In this document: piece by piece, positions 1-9,500 of the stretch
How positions within the stretch are numbered: the first letter of the stretch is position 1
Layout: every line of letters begins with the position of its first letter
DNA from: an uncultured Acidobacteriota bacterium
Lineage (GTDB): Bacteria; Acidobacteriota; UBA6911
Reading direction: 5' to 3'
Length of the DNA: 64,000 bases
Assembly (NCBI GenBank): GCA_963827655.1
Contig: CAWHCF010000023.1
Span: 160,001-224,000, forward strand
Program-made: the position numbers and the translations under genes
The notes under the pieces: model-generated
Database searches by the model: none
Told to the model about the DNA's origin: nothing
What the model saw: the letters and a program-made list of their open reading frames with translations, nothing else

Positions 1-2
1 CC

Positions 3-251
3 CCGACCTATTTCGGCAATCTCTCGTTCACCATTGAATCCAGGATCTCCGAAGGACTGATTCGAGCCACAATCAGACCTCCGGCGCGCGACGCCTACAG
101 GAACATCGTGATTTCTGTGCGTCACCCCGGGAAGATCGCCATGCGCGAAGTCAAGGTCAATGGCAAGCCACACCGCGATTTCGATTCACGGGAGGGGTGG
201 GTGCGGCTCCCTTCCGGGTCCAAAGAATTCGCCGTCGAAGCTTTCTTTTAA
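3..251 (+). CDS. C-terminal end of a protein truncated by the window start (possibly glycoside-hydrolase-like)
   Basis: Open frame PTYFGNLSFTIESRISEG...VRHPGKIAMREVKVNGKPH...VEAFF ending at TAA 249-251; not in the ORF track because it has no start. Confidence 0.55.
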   Translation, partial: PTYFGNLSFTIESRISEGLIRATIRPPARDAYRNIVISVRHPGKIAMREVKVNGKPHRDFDSREGWVRLPSGSKEFAVEAFF

Positions 252-270
252 CCCGTTCTGAAGCGCTTCA

Positions 271-628
271 TGGAGTGCGGTAGCTTGCTCTGAACTTTAC
301 ACGCATCTTTGTATTCGTCAGAACAAATGGTTACGCCAGCTCGCGCCCTGAAAGGGCGAAAGAAATTAGCCGGGGGCAAGCGGAGCGCTGCCCCCCGGTC
401 ACACACAACCAAAGAGACGCGCCCCGGAGGGGCGCTGGACGCTGCCCTTCAATGCTCCTGCGCCCCTTCAGGGCGCATCGACTATAAACTCCAAACCCCG
501 GGCTGCGCTTCGCTTGCCCGGGCTAATTTCCGTCGCCCCCTCCGGGGCGAAATCGCCGAGAGCGATGAGATGCGTGTAAGGTTAAGAGCTTGCTACCGCC
601 TTGGAATGGCGAAGCTTGCTTCGCCATT
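271..628. repeat. REP-like palindrome doublet (TGGAGTGCGGTAGCTTGCTACCGC...GGCGAAGCTTGCTTCGCC) interrupted by a MITE
   Basis: Removing 290-586 and one AGCTTGCT copy restores the hairpin GCGGTAGC-TT-GCTACCGC after a GGAG foot. Homologous copies at 23761-23788 (reverse) and 42227-42275. Confidence 0.8.
290..586. mobile_element. MITE family 1, copy 1 (297 bp)
   Basis: TIRs CTGAACTTTACACGCATCT / AGATGCGTGTAAGGTTAAG (17/19 complementary). 8-bp direct repeat AGCTTGCT at 282-289 and 587-594. Internal GCCCTGAAAGGGC-type hairpins. Second copy at 58577-58880. Confidence 0.85.
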
Positions 629-649
629 CCCGCAGCGACCGGCCTGATG

Positions 650-760
650 AGGGAGCCGGACCGGCTTGATAGCCCGTCCGCACATGAACCGGGCGAGTTT
701 CTGCAACAGTCTCGAATGACCCGCGCCACAAGGAGCAAGCAAGCTTGCCGAGTGGGTTGA
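650..760. repeat. Partial copy (right half) of MITE family 2 with REP arm
   Basis: GCTTGATAGCCCGTCCGCACATGAACC...TGCAACAGTCT...GACCCGCGCCACA matches 23650-23720. Confidence 0.7.
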
Positions 761-779
761 TAGCCGTCCCTACTGTCCG

Positions 780-1603
780 TCAAGCTGGCGCAAGGCATAT
801 TGAGGTGAGTTCGAGCTCGACTTGATCCGGCAGGTCCACCTTCGGTAGCTCGCGATTGAGCCAGTTGAGGGCCTGCCCTGACAGCCGTTGACGCTCGTAC
901 CTGAGTTGCTCCGGATGGAGGGGTGGGTATACCGCCGGTGATGCGACGAGAACCATGCTGCAGAAGAGCGACGGGATGAGTTCCGGCAATTTGTCGTTGT
1001 CTTGAAGTAGTCGCGAATCGTCAGAGCGAGCAGCAGCTTGTCGCTGAGAAAGCGAATTCTCGGGTCCCATTCAGGACGCAGCGGGCACGGAATGCTAAAC
1101 AGCAATTGTTTTCGAAACCACGGTCCCGGCGACAGGAAGTGAGCCAGACTACCGAGCCCGCAATACTTCAGAATTTCTTCGAAATCCTGGAATCGGTCCC
1201 AAAGGTCCATAGACCACAGCACGCTGGCCCAACTTTGAACCAGGTCCCGGTTTTCTGCGCGGTACAGGTAAGGGCCAAACCGGCGCGCGCATTCGATAAG
1301 CGTCGCTTCGGCAAACACCCTGATAAAAGCGTGCAGATCGGAAGCAGCGGCCCTGTTGTGTACCGCCAAAAGAAGAGCCGACCGCTTATCGGGATATTGC
1401 AGATCGCTGTAGTTGAGCCAGATGTTTGGGTCCTTGTGAAATTCAGTCACTTTCCGGTCGTAATAGTTCCCGCCTGATTCATCCGGTGTCTTGGGTCCGG
1501 GTGGCACGGGTACAGTCACCTGAAGGAACGGATTCTCGGGAGGCCGCATCTCTCCTGTAGGAACCGGGCCCAGTCCGCCCGCAAGGTAGGCTCTTCGAAT
1601 CAC
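780..1603 (-). CDS. Hypothetical protein, probably one gene with a frameshift near 1021
   Basis: ORF 770..1603 is protein-like up to ...LSDKLLLALT and then low-complexity; ORF 780..1070 continues plausibly (DDSRLLQDNDKLPELIPSLF...). Start overlaps the stop of the upstream ORF. Confidence 0.55.
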
Positions 1604-1848
1604 CTCCCGAATCTGATCGAGGTTTGCGAATGCGAACTCGTCGCCATTCGCGTCGCGGAAGCCGTCCTGGAAGTTCGCGCGATTGGCGCGAAGCGCCGTG
1701 GAAATCCGCCGACAGGAACCGCTTCAAGATCAGGAACGGTGAGGAACACAGTGGCGGCGCTCGCAATGCTGTCGGCAGGGCGCTGCGACACAAAAGCCAG
1801 CCCGTCTCTCACTGCCCACGCATCGAAGTACCACTGGCTTATCTCCAC
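1600..1848 (-). CDS. Small hypothetical protein (~82 aa)
   Basis: GTG start (VEISQWYFDAWAVRDG...) overlaps the 3' end of the upstream gene, and its stop overlaps the next start; operon-like packing. Confidence 0.4.
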   Translation of the reverse strand: MEISQWYFDAWAVRDGLAFVSQRPADSIASAATVFLTVPDLEAVPVGGFPRRFAPIARTSRTASATRMATSSHSQTSIRFGR

Positions 1849-2672
1849 TGATACCCCCGGCCATGTAGCGTCACGATTCGATACCGGATGCCCCAATCTT
1901 CGAGCGCCCTGATCACACGCTCGCGTTGCTGACACCATCGAAGCTCTACTGCGGTTAACGGGAAACCCTCCTGGCTCCTGTTGATGATGCGAGATTCCAA
2001 GGCTACTTCATCCGGAGATTGCCGTACCTCCTCGAGGAGCTTGGGCGTGATCGTGCCAGGACGATGGACTTCGACAAACTCCTGGTCGTGCAGCGTAAGC
2101 TCGGATACGGTTCCGGTGGTAATCAACCGGTTCGCGTAGCGCAATTCGGGCAGCAGCTTCAACACCAGCATGTCGATAACATCCTTGGCCCATGTCCCTC
2201 CAAGCTGGCTCACCAGCTTCTTCGAATCCAGGCCGGACAATGGAGCCATGAGGAGATCATAAGAATCGCGATCGAAGAGTCTCGTGTCTGGCGGGATCTG
2301 GTCGGGCGCGAGCACCATGCAGTACTCACCGTAAAAGCGGACGCCGGTTCCTCCGAGCGCCACCGCTCCAAAGTAAGTGTCTCGGGCCTGTGCGCCAAAA
2401 CCTAAAAGACTGTCGACCTTCACACGATCCGGCGAAGGCGTTCGGCGTTTGCCGCCAATCACAGGCTCTTCATAAAGATTTCTGTAACGACCATCGGCCA
2501 GGAAACTCAGGAGAGCATCTGAAGAAATGTTAATGACCACGCGCAGCCCGGTCTCGGGATGCTCCATGATCTGTCGGATGATCTGAACGTTCCCCTCGAG
2601 AAACGGATTGGCGTTGCCGTCCTCTTTCTCTCTTTGAAGCCATTGCTCAACGCGCTCTTTCCAGTCGGTCAT
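1839..2672 (-). CDS. DUF3626-like / ADP-ribosyltransferase-fold hypothetical protein
   Basis: Motifs RVVINI, DGRYRNLYE, YFGAVAL, FYGEYCMVL, FDRDS and QEFVEVH parallel the DUF3626 pattern as I recall it; family call is by eye. Confidence 0.5.
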   Translation of the reverse strand: MTDWKERVEQWLQREKEDGNANPFLEGNVQIIRQIMEHPETGLRVVINISSDALLSFLADGRYRNLYEEPVIGGKRRTPSPDRVKVDSLLGFGAQARDTYFGAVALGGTGVRFYGEYCMVLAPDQIPPDTRLFDRDSYDLLMAPLSGLDSKKLVSQLGGTWAKDVIDMLVLKLLPELRYANRLITTGTVSELTLHDQEFVEVHRPGTITPKLLEEVRQSPDEVALESRIINRSQEGFPLTAVELRWCQQRERVIRALEDWGIRYRIVTLHGRGYQWR

Positions 2673-2735
2673 GAGAAAAGTAGAGATCGTCCATAGGTTA
2701 CTTCGCGTCTTCGAGTCTTCGCGGTGAGTTTGATC

Positions 2736-4514
2736 CTATCCGACCCCTGCCGCGCCTGAATTCCCGCCCGACCGAACCTTCCGCTCGCGCTTGAGAAACT
2801 CGGCGCCGTGCGCCCCCATTACCAGCCCGGGAACCGGCTTCAATTCGTGCCCCATGGAAACCAATTCCTTGACGATGGAAGGTTCGAGAGAGTTGGCTAC
2901 TTCTCCAGGTTCTTTCGCCTGTATCACGAGTCGCGGCGCCGCTGTCGCCTCGGAGACCGTCGACTTGAAGTCGATGATCCGTTGAGCAAGCTGGGCGCTG
3001 ACGTTGACAATCCGGCGGCCGCCGCGCAAGCCCAGCGCGACATCCCGGTCTGGGAGGCGCACGATCGTGGGAGACACATTGTTGAGCGGCCGTTTGCGCG
3101 CTCCCACAGAATTGACCAGACCCGGATGAGGATCAAACCGGCACATTCCATGACCCAGCGTGATTCCGGTCCCTGGAACCGTAAGGCAGGAACCGAATAA
3201 GCCTCCGTGCGAAATTGTTATCGCAACCAGGTTCCCGGTCTTATCCGCCGCCGAGACATGCATGGTCCCGTGTGGAGAGGGCTCAGGGAGAGCCGGGACA
3301 AGCCGGTCCACATGATTCGGAAACTGCCGGATCGTCTCAGTGCGGCCGGCTGCGTACTCCTTGTTCAACAGCCGGGCAACCGGCACTGTCGCGAAATCGG
3401 GATCCCCGACGTATGAGAGGCGATCACGCCAGGCGAGTTTGAGAATCTCGGCGAGCCGGTGCCAGTACGCCGCGGTCCTGTCCGGGACCGGTTCGAAGCA
3501 TTCCAGCATGTTGAGGATCTGGAGGCTCGACAATCCACCGTTAGGAAGAATAGCCCCGAAGACCTTCGCATCCCGGTAAACGATCTGATAAGGCTCGCTC
3601 ACCCGTGGGTCGAAGCGGGACATATCCTTTCGGGTCAAGATGCCGCCCAGACCCGCAACGTAGTCGGCAATCTTCTGTCCGATCTCCCCCTCGTAGAAGT
3701 CACGCCATCCCGAGGCTGAAATTCGCTCCAGGGTCTTTTTCATATCCGGCCTGTGCCAGATCTGGTCCTTCCCCGGGACCTTCCCGTCGGGCAAGAGGTG
3801 GCGGACACTGGGTTCGTAGCGCCGGATCATGGGCTCCTTTTGCTTGATGGCCTCTGCCGTGGGGCCGAAGGCAAAGCCATTTTCCAGCAGCGTGAGCGAC
3901 GGGGCGACAATCTCAGACCACTTCAAGCTGCCCCATCGCTCCCAGAGTCGGCCAACTCCACCCAGGGTTCCGGGGACGCCCACTGCCAGCGGACCGTACA
4001 CATTGGCGTTGTTTTCGATCCGGCATCCATACTCGTTTTCATTGATGTCTCGAGGCCCTTCCGCCAGCGGGAGCACCTTGAACATGCGTTCGTGAGCGGC
4101 TTCCGGCGCCACGGAGTTCGAGTCCAGCGACCAGACTCGATCCGCCTTGGCCTCCAGCACAACTGCACAGCAGACATATCCTCCGAGGTCCGACAGGTGC
4201 GGCTGCATTATGCAGCCTGCCAGACAGGCCGCCGCCGCTGCATCCATGGCGTTTCCGCCGCGTTCCACGATGCCGGCGCCCACACGAGCGACTTCCTCGA
4301 GCTCGGTGGCGACAGCTCCGGCGCCCGAGATCACCTCCTGCGCCCAGACGACCGATGGCGACGCCAGGGCTCTCGCTCTGGGCAAGCTGGAGATAAGTGC
4401 CGCGCCCGCCACGGTGGCGCCGACGCGGGAAGAGCTCTGCACAAATTCACGACGCGTCAGGCCAGTTCTCTTCTCGCTCCTCTTTGATTTCATGCCATCT
4501 CCCCGATTTGACAT
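2736..4514 (-). CDS. Gamma-glutamyltransferase family (Ntn-hydrolase), Tat-exported
   Basis: TRREFV Tat motif, GGNAMDAA, VGVPG, autoprocessing site HG|TMHVSAADKTGN, KRPLNNVSP. Confidence 0.9.
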   Translation of the reverse strand: MSNRGDGMKSKRSEKRTGLTRREFVQSSSRVGATVAGAALISSLPRARALASPSVVWAQEVISGAGAVATELEEVARVGAGIVERGGNAMDAAAAACLAGCIMQPHLSDLGGYVCCAVVLEAKADRVWSLDSNSVAPEAAHERMFKVLPLAEGPRDINENEYGCRIENNANVYGPLAVGVPGTLGGVGRLWERWGSLKWSEIVAPSLTLLENGFAFGPTAEAIKQKEPMIRRYEPSVRHLLPDGKVPGKDQIWHRPDMKKTLERISASGWRDFYEGEIGQKIADYVAGLGGILTRKDMSRFDPRVSEPYQIVYRDAKVFGAILPNGGLSSLQILNMLECFEPVPDRTAAYWHRLAEILKLAWRDRLSYVGDPDFATVPVARLLNKEYAAGRTETIRQFPNHVDRLVPALPEPSPHGTMHVSAADKTGNLVAITISHGGLFGSCLTVPGTGITLGHGMCRFDPHPGLVNSVGARKRPLNNVSPTIVRLPDRDVALGLRGGRRIVNVSAQLAQRIIDFKSTVSEATAAPRLVIQAKEPGEVANSLEPSIVKELVSMGHELKPVPGLVMGAHGAEFLKRERKVRSGGNSGAAGVG

Positions 4515-4525
4515 AACGAAAACAC

Positions 4526-4541
4526 GTTCAGTAAAATGAAC
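4526..4541. promoter_or_regulatory. Putative IclR operator
   Basis: Palindrome GTTCA-N6-TGAAC in the short divergent region between the GGT-like gene and the IclR gene. Confidence 0.45.
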
Positions 4542-4612
4542 ACAGTGTTTGCGGGATGTCGTCGGTCAAGTTTACTTAATCTCCTGTCGCCGCGAGGCAT
4601 AAAAAAGCGGGC

Positions 4613-5404
4613 GTGCTCAAGACGCGAAAGCCCAAAACCTATTCGGTTCCGGCGCTCAACCGCAGTCTCGACATCATAGAACGACTGGTCACTGAGGAGC
4701 GAGGATTGAGTATCACCGAGGTGAGCCACCGGTTCAAAATCCCTAAAAGCTCTGCCTTCGGAATCCTGCAGACCCTGAAGGCGCGGGGCTATGTCGAAAA
4801 AGACAGCGATGATCGCTATTCCCTCACATTGAAGATCTTCGGCCTGGGGAGCGCGCTCATTGATGCGCTCGATTTGCGAAAACAGCTCTACCCTCTGCTC
4901 AAGGAACTGACCGATAAGAGCAGGATCACGGGACACATCGCCGTTCTCGACCAGGGTTACGCCGTGTACGTCGAGAAGGTCGAGGTATTAGGAGCCGTTC
5001 GACTGACCACTGGAATCGGAAAACGGATGCAGGTTCACTCGACGTCGATAGGCAAGGCGTTGATCGCCTACCAACCCGCCTCTGAAGTCGACCGCATTAT
5101 CGCGGAGCGCGGTCTTCCTCGCCAGACCGGCAGAACCGTTTCCAGTGTCCAGGAGTTGAAAAACGAACTGGTCCGGGTGAGGAACCTGGGATATGCGGTC
5201 AGCAACGAGGAAAATGAAGAAGGGGTGCGGGCCGTGGCGGCGCCGATCTTTAACCACTCGGGCAAAGTGGCTGCCGCGGTGAATCTCGGGGGGTCGACGC
5301 TCCAGATCAAGATGAAGGATGTTCCCTCCCTGGGTGAGCTGGTTCGTTCTTACGCTGGCCAGATGTCGCGCAAACTCGGCTACCGGCCGACGGTGGGCGC
5401 CTAG
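4613..5404 (+). CDS. IclR family transcriptional regulator
   Basis: YSVPALNRSLDII N-terminal HTH, HSTSIGKALIA, GYAVSNEENEEGVRAVAAPI. Confidence 0.93.
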   Translation: MLKTRKPKTYSVPALNRSLDIIERLVTEERGLSITEVSHRFKIPKSSAFGILQTLKARGYVEKDSDDRYSLTLKIFGLGSALIDALDLRKQLYPLLKELTDKSRITGHIAVLDQGYAVYVEKVEVLGAVRLTTGIGKRMQVHSTSIGKALIAYQPASEVDRIIAERGLPRQTGRTVSSVQELKNELVRVRNLGYAVSNEENEEGVRAVAAPIFNHSGKVAAAVNLGGSTLQIKMKDVPSLGELVRSYAGQMSRKLGYRPTVGA

Positions 5405-5545
5405 TACTTCGGGTCTTTGCGTCTTGGAGAAGAAGCCCTGGCCCGCTGGATTCGACGGCACAGTTTCCCAGCCTCGACGACTTCGAATCGCGAACAGCCA
5501 GGCTCACCTGCCGATATGAATAGCGGCCTGGGGCGCGCTTTCTTA

Positions 5546-5778
5546 GGGTTCGCGCAGAAATAAGTTCGCATTCTGCTGCAGGCCCCCAGGCCCGCTGGCG
5601 AGGCGCGAGCGACGATGCGTACCCGGTGCGGTACGTGAGGAGCGAGCAACAAAGCCAGCGGGCCTGCGGGCCGCAGCCCGAAGGGGCGCGATCCTCAGCG
5701 TGCGTAGCTAACAAAAACCGGTTCATGATTGACCGCCGCCTCTCGCGCCAGAATGTGAAGTTATTTTTGCGCGAGTCC
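5546..5778. mobile_element. MITE family 3 (233 bp), IS5-like ends
   Basis: 30-bp TIRs GGGTTCGCGCAGAAATAAGTTCGCATTCTG vs GGACTCGCGCAAAAATAACTTCACATTCTG (25/30). TTA on both sides (5543-5545, 5779-5781). Internal palindrome CAGGCCCGCTGGC...GCCAGCGGGCCTG. Confidence 0.75.
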
Positions 5779-6759
5779 TTAAGTGCCGTTACTATGGTCA
5801 ACGGTTAATACGACTTTCCCTCGCGCATGTCGTTCTTCAAGATAACGTAGAGCATCGGCTGCGCCGCTCAACGGATAACGTCTATCTATGACAGGCGACA
5901 CTTTTCCCGCGGCAAGAAGATCTTTCAGAAAAACCAAATCCTTCTGGTTTGCTTTCCCTATAAAGAAACACGTTTTCTTGCTCCCGATCAGTGACAGTAA
6001 TGGTCCCACTAACATAGCTTGGAAAACTTGAACCAAACCACCTCCGACCAGGACATAAATTCCTTCCTGACTCAGCGCGCGCCTGTAATCGAAAATCGAA
6101 TGATGGGCATTCACACCCATGATCAGATCGTAACGCTGCCCGCTCTGCGTGAAATCTTCTCGAGTGTAATCAATGACATGGTCTGCGCCAATCGATCGCG
6201 CCGTGTCCATATTCCTCGTGCTGCACACGGCAGTGACTTCAGCCCCGAACGATTTGGCAATCTGGACCGCAAACGTACCCACACCACCAGACGCGCCATC
6301 AACCAGAACCTTCTGGCCTTGCTGGATCCGTCCCTTATCACGAAGGCCCTGAAGGGCGGTGATTGCCGCCACTGGTACGGCTGCTGCGTCCTCAAGCGAT
6401 ATGTTGGCTGGCTTCAGTGCCAACTTATCTTCAATAGCACACACATACTCGGCAAACCCTCCCCCATCGAAACCTGTTACCCCGAACACCTCGTCGCCTG
6501 GCTGAAACTGCTTTACGTGTCCGCCAACCGCTTCCACTCGCCCTGCGATATCACAGCCGAGGACCTGGTGTTTTGGTGTGCGCAGTCCCGGGATCAGGCG
6601 GATCAACGGCGCACCTCTCATGGAGAACAAATCCAGTGGATTTACCGATGCCGCGTAGAGCTTTATCAAGACCTCATTGTCCTTGGGGGTAGGTTTTTCT
6701 ACCTCCGTGAACTGCAGCACCTCCGGTGGTCCGTATTGTGTGCGTACAATTGCTTTCAT
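5779..6759 (-). CDS. NAD(P)-dependent MDR-family alcohol dehydrogenase / quinone oxidoreductase
   Basis: MKAIVRTQYGPPEVL, AASVNPLD, LGCDIAG, GASGGVG, HARGKVVL. Confidence 0.93.
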   Translation of the reverse strand: MKAIVRTQYGPPEVLQFTEVEKPTPKDNEVLIKLYAASVNPLDLFSMRGAPLIRLIPGLRTPKHQVLGCDIAGRVEAVGGHVKQFQPGDEVFGVTGFDGGGFAEYVCAIEDKLALKPANISLEDAAAVPVAAITALQGLRDKGRIQQGQKVLVDGASGGVGTFAVQIAKSFGAEVTAVCSTRNMDTARSIGADHVIDYTREDFTQSGQRYDLIMGVNAHHSIFDYRRALSQEGIYVLVGGGLVQVFQAMLVGPLLSLIGSKKTCFFIGKANQKDLVFLKDLLAAGKVSPVIDRRYPLSGAADALRYLEERHARGKVVLTVDHSNGT

Positions 6760-6882
6760 GAGTGCTCTCCAAGAGTGCTTCCGTCGGATCGTGCCGCGTT
6801 CTTGTGGACGTACAACTGGCGGAGCATCCGCAGGGAACGGGCCCAGTTCCTCCCCTTCTCGGGTAAGCCGTCGAACGACGCT

Positions 6883-7777
6883 CTACTCGACTATCTTTCC
6901 GATGAGCCACATATGCCCGAAGGGGTCCACCAGGGCACCTTGCAGCATCTTCTTGATCGGGCGCGGTCCAGTCATAGAGTGCTTGTGTTCGCTCACCGGA
7001 CTTCGCTCGACAGCTCCGGCGGCCAAAGCGCGCCTGTGCACCGGCGACGGGGTCGTCAACGAAGAGCTCGATCCTGACGGTCGTGAAGCCGGCGGCGGCT
7101 GGCCCTCGTGTCCCGTGAGGGGGCGACTCGTGCGCGATGAAGAATTTGGCGCCGTGAACCGAAAGTCCAGCGACGACGTGTCCACCGCTTTCCAGGTGCC
7201 ACAGGACGGATGCGCCGAATGCGGCTTTGTAGAACTCGATGGCAGCGCTCCCGTCGCCGACGGCCAACATGGGAGAGATTTGAGGCGTCATGACCGCGGG
7301 CTGGGAAACCGTGGCTCCCCACTCGTCAGGGCTCACGTCGCGAGCATGCCGCGAAAACAGCCAATGATGGCCAGCGAGATCCTCGGCTCCGTATTGTCGC
7401 TCACCGTACACGGTTTCGTTGAGATCCTCCACGATCTTGGCGCCTGCGGATTTCGCCTTTTGGAAATGGGCATCCACATCGTCGAGGAACACACTCAGAC
7501 TCTGGGTTCCGTATCCCATTTGCGCCGGACTTGCGCTGCCTGGCCCGGCTCTTTTGAGCATGATCCATGCGTTGCCGAGATGCATTTGTGCTCCGCTGAC
7601 CGGTCCACCAGGTTCGCCGTACCGATAGTGTTCGCTGAACCCGAATGTCTTGGTCAGCCAAACAATAGCCTCGACAACGTCCTGATAAACGACGTGCGGC
7701 AGCAAAGTGTCGGTGGGCACGGAGCGATTCGATATCACTAGACTTGCCTCCTGATGAGGATTCGGAAAAGCCCTCAT
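6883..7777 (-). CDS. Two-domain VOC/glyoxalase protein (frameshift near 7045)
   Basis: Domain 1 ...YGERQYGAEDLAGHHWLFS. Domain 2 starts in ORF 6674..7777 and ends in ORF 6883..7185 (LVDPFGHMWLIG). Confidence 0.8.
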
Positions 7778-7924
7778 CCTAGTTCAGATTTCAGCCGTTC
7801 ACGATACGAGGGCTGTCACAAATCCACAATACGGCGCGTGGACGGTATCCACAGCGCATCCTGAATTCCGGTTGACGTACTTTAATAGCGTGCTCTCGGG
7901 CCTCGCGACCTCAGCGGTCGATCA

Positions 7925-8728
7925 TTAGACTGTCGGCACGGTGCCGCCGTCGATGACGTATTCCGTGCCGGAGATCGAGCCGGCGCGCGGGGAGACGAGA
8001 AAGGCAATCAGATCCGCTACTTCCCCGGGTTGGGCCGGGCGGCCGATCGGGATGCCGCCGAGCGAGTCCATCAAAGCTTTCCGGGCGCCATCGTAGTCAG
8101 TGCCTTTGTTTGCCGCCAACTCATTGACCAGGCCCACGGCAGCTTCTGTCTCGACCCAGCCAGGGGAAACCCGGACCACGCGAATGCCCTTCGGGCTCAC
8201 CTCCTTGGACAGACCCTTGCTGTAGTTCGCGAGTGCCGCCTTCGCCGCTGCATAGGCGATGGTGGCTTCGGGCAGCGGCATCACGCGCTGGATGGAAGTG
8301 ATATGAATAATCACGCCAGAGCCCTGATTGAGCATCATCGGCAAGAGCGCCCGATCCAGACGGACAGCCGGGAACAGATTTAGCGAGAGTGCGCGATGCC
8401 ACTCGTCATCGTCCAGTACCGAGAAGCCGCCAGCGGGCGCTGACGATCCCCCGACGACATGGACAATGATGTCAACGCCGCCGAGGCGTTTGCGAACCGC
8501 ATCGGCCACGGCCGCGCATCCTTCGGCAGTGGTGATATCCGTCGCGACGAATAAATCCGTATCGGTAAGATCGCGGGGTTGCCTGCGGGCGGTGATGAGG
8601 ACCGTCGCACCGCCCTCGCGCAGTCGGGCCGCCACCGCCTGGCCGATCCCTTTGGTGCCACCCGTTACGAGAACTCGCTTGCCTTCAAACTCGTGGGCAT
8701 CGACAGTGAATTCATGTGGATTGGGCAT
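7925..8728 (-). CDS. SDR family oxidoreductase
   Basis: [17 protein letters not shown]; GGAG RBS before ATG 8728. Confidence 0.93.
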   Translation of the reverse strand: MPNPHEFTVDAHEFEGKRVLVTGGTKGIGQAVAARLREGGATVLITARRQPRDLTDTDLFVATDITTAEGCAAVADAVRKRLGGVDIIVHVVGGSSAPAGGFSVLDDDEWHRALSLNLFPAVRLDRALLPMMLNQGSGVIIHITSIQRVMPLPEATIAYAAAKAALANYSKGLSKEVSPKGIRVVRVSPGWVETEAAVGLVNELAANKGTDYDGARKALMDSLGGIPIGRPAQPGEVADLIAFLVSPRAGSISGTEYVIDGGTVPTV

Positions 8729-8856
8729 CAATGTATCTCCAGAGGTGCAATTTTGCCGGCTGCAAGACCAAAGCGCCATCGAAGGCCTGACCGCCATCAA
8801 GGAATGGAAGGCTGAAACCCAGGCGAAATACTCAGTATGGAGGTTAAGCTTAGCTC

Positions 8857-9243
8857 ATGGCAAGAACACACAAAAAAGTAAGGTACTCACCTAAAGGTAA
8901 GCGAGCTGACCTGACACCGACCTCCGCGGCTGAAGGTGTTGAGGACGCTCTCAAGATTCTGGAAGGCAGGTGGAAGCTGGTAATCTTGTTTCACCTGTTC
9001 GGTGGCAAGGTGCTCCGCTTTTCGGAACTCGAACGGGCGATCCCGGCAGTGTCTCAGAAGATGCTCATCCAGCAGCTTCGCCAGATGGAAGCCGATGGAA
9101 TTGTCCGGCGCATCCTCCACCCGCAGGTTCCGCCCAAAGTCGAGTATTGTCTTACAACGTGGGGACAAGCGTTGTGCCCGGCGCTCGATGCCCTGCTGAA
9201 ATGGGCGGCGCTGCGCGACAAGATGCCTGGTGCTACCGATTGA
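8857..9243 (+). CDS. HxlR family wHTH transcriptional regulator
   Basis: LEGRWKLVIL, RFSEL, VSQKMLIQQLRQME, QVPPKVEYCLT; divergent from the SDR gene. Confidence 0.93.
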   Translation: MARTHKKVRYSPKGKRADLTPTSAAEGVEDALKILEGRWKLVILFHLFGGKVLRFSELERAIPAVSQKMLIQQLRQMEADGIVRRILHPQVPPKVEYCLTTWGQALCPALDALLKWAALRDKMPGATD

Positions 9244-9500
9244 GCGAAGATGCGGCCGAGCAAGGAAGTCACTATTCCGTTTTATTCCATGAAGACGGCC
9301 GGCAGAATCGGAGTCGAGGAATCAGTGGTTTAGTTGCCACGTATCAACCGTCTTAGACGCGTAAGTAACCTGCCCTGGCAAAGCAAACGGCGAGGTTCTG
9401 GCAAGGTACAAGTGAAGGCAAATTAAGCGGTCGGAAAGATGCAAGTCCCGCCACCTGGTGTAGCACTACGGAACTGAACTCTCCGGTTGCTCGTCTGTAA

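Noticed and set aside
309-647. 112-aa ORF with a paralogous stretch near 58600-58767
   Set aside because: Translation of MITE-1; the similarity is at the DNA-repeat level.
5779-9243. Integron cassette array (short accessory genes in a row)
   Set aside because: No integron integrase and no convincing attC (RYYYAAC...GTTRRRY) sites; gene orientations are mixed.
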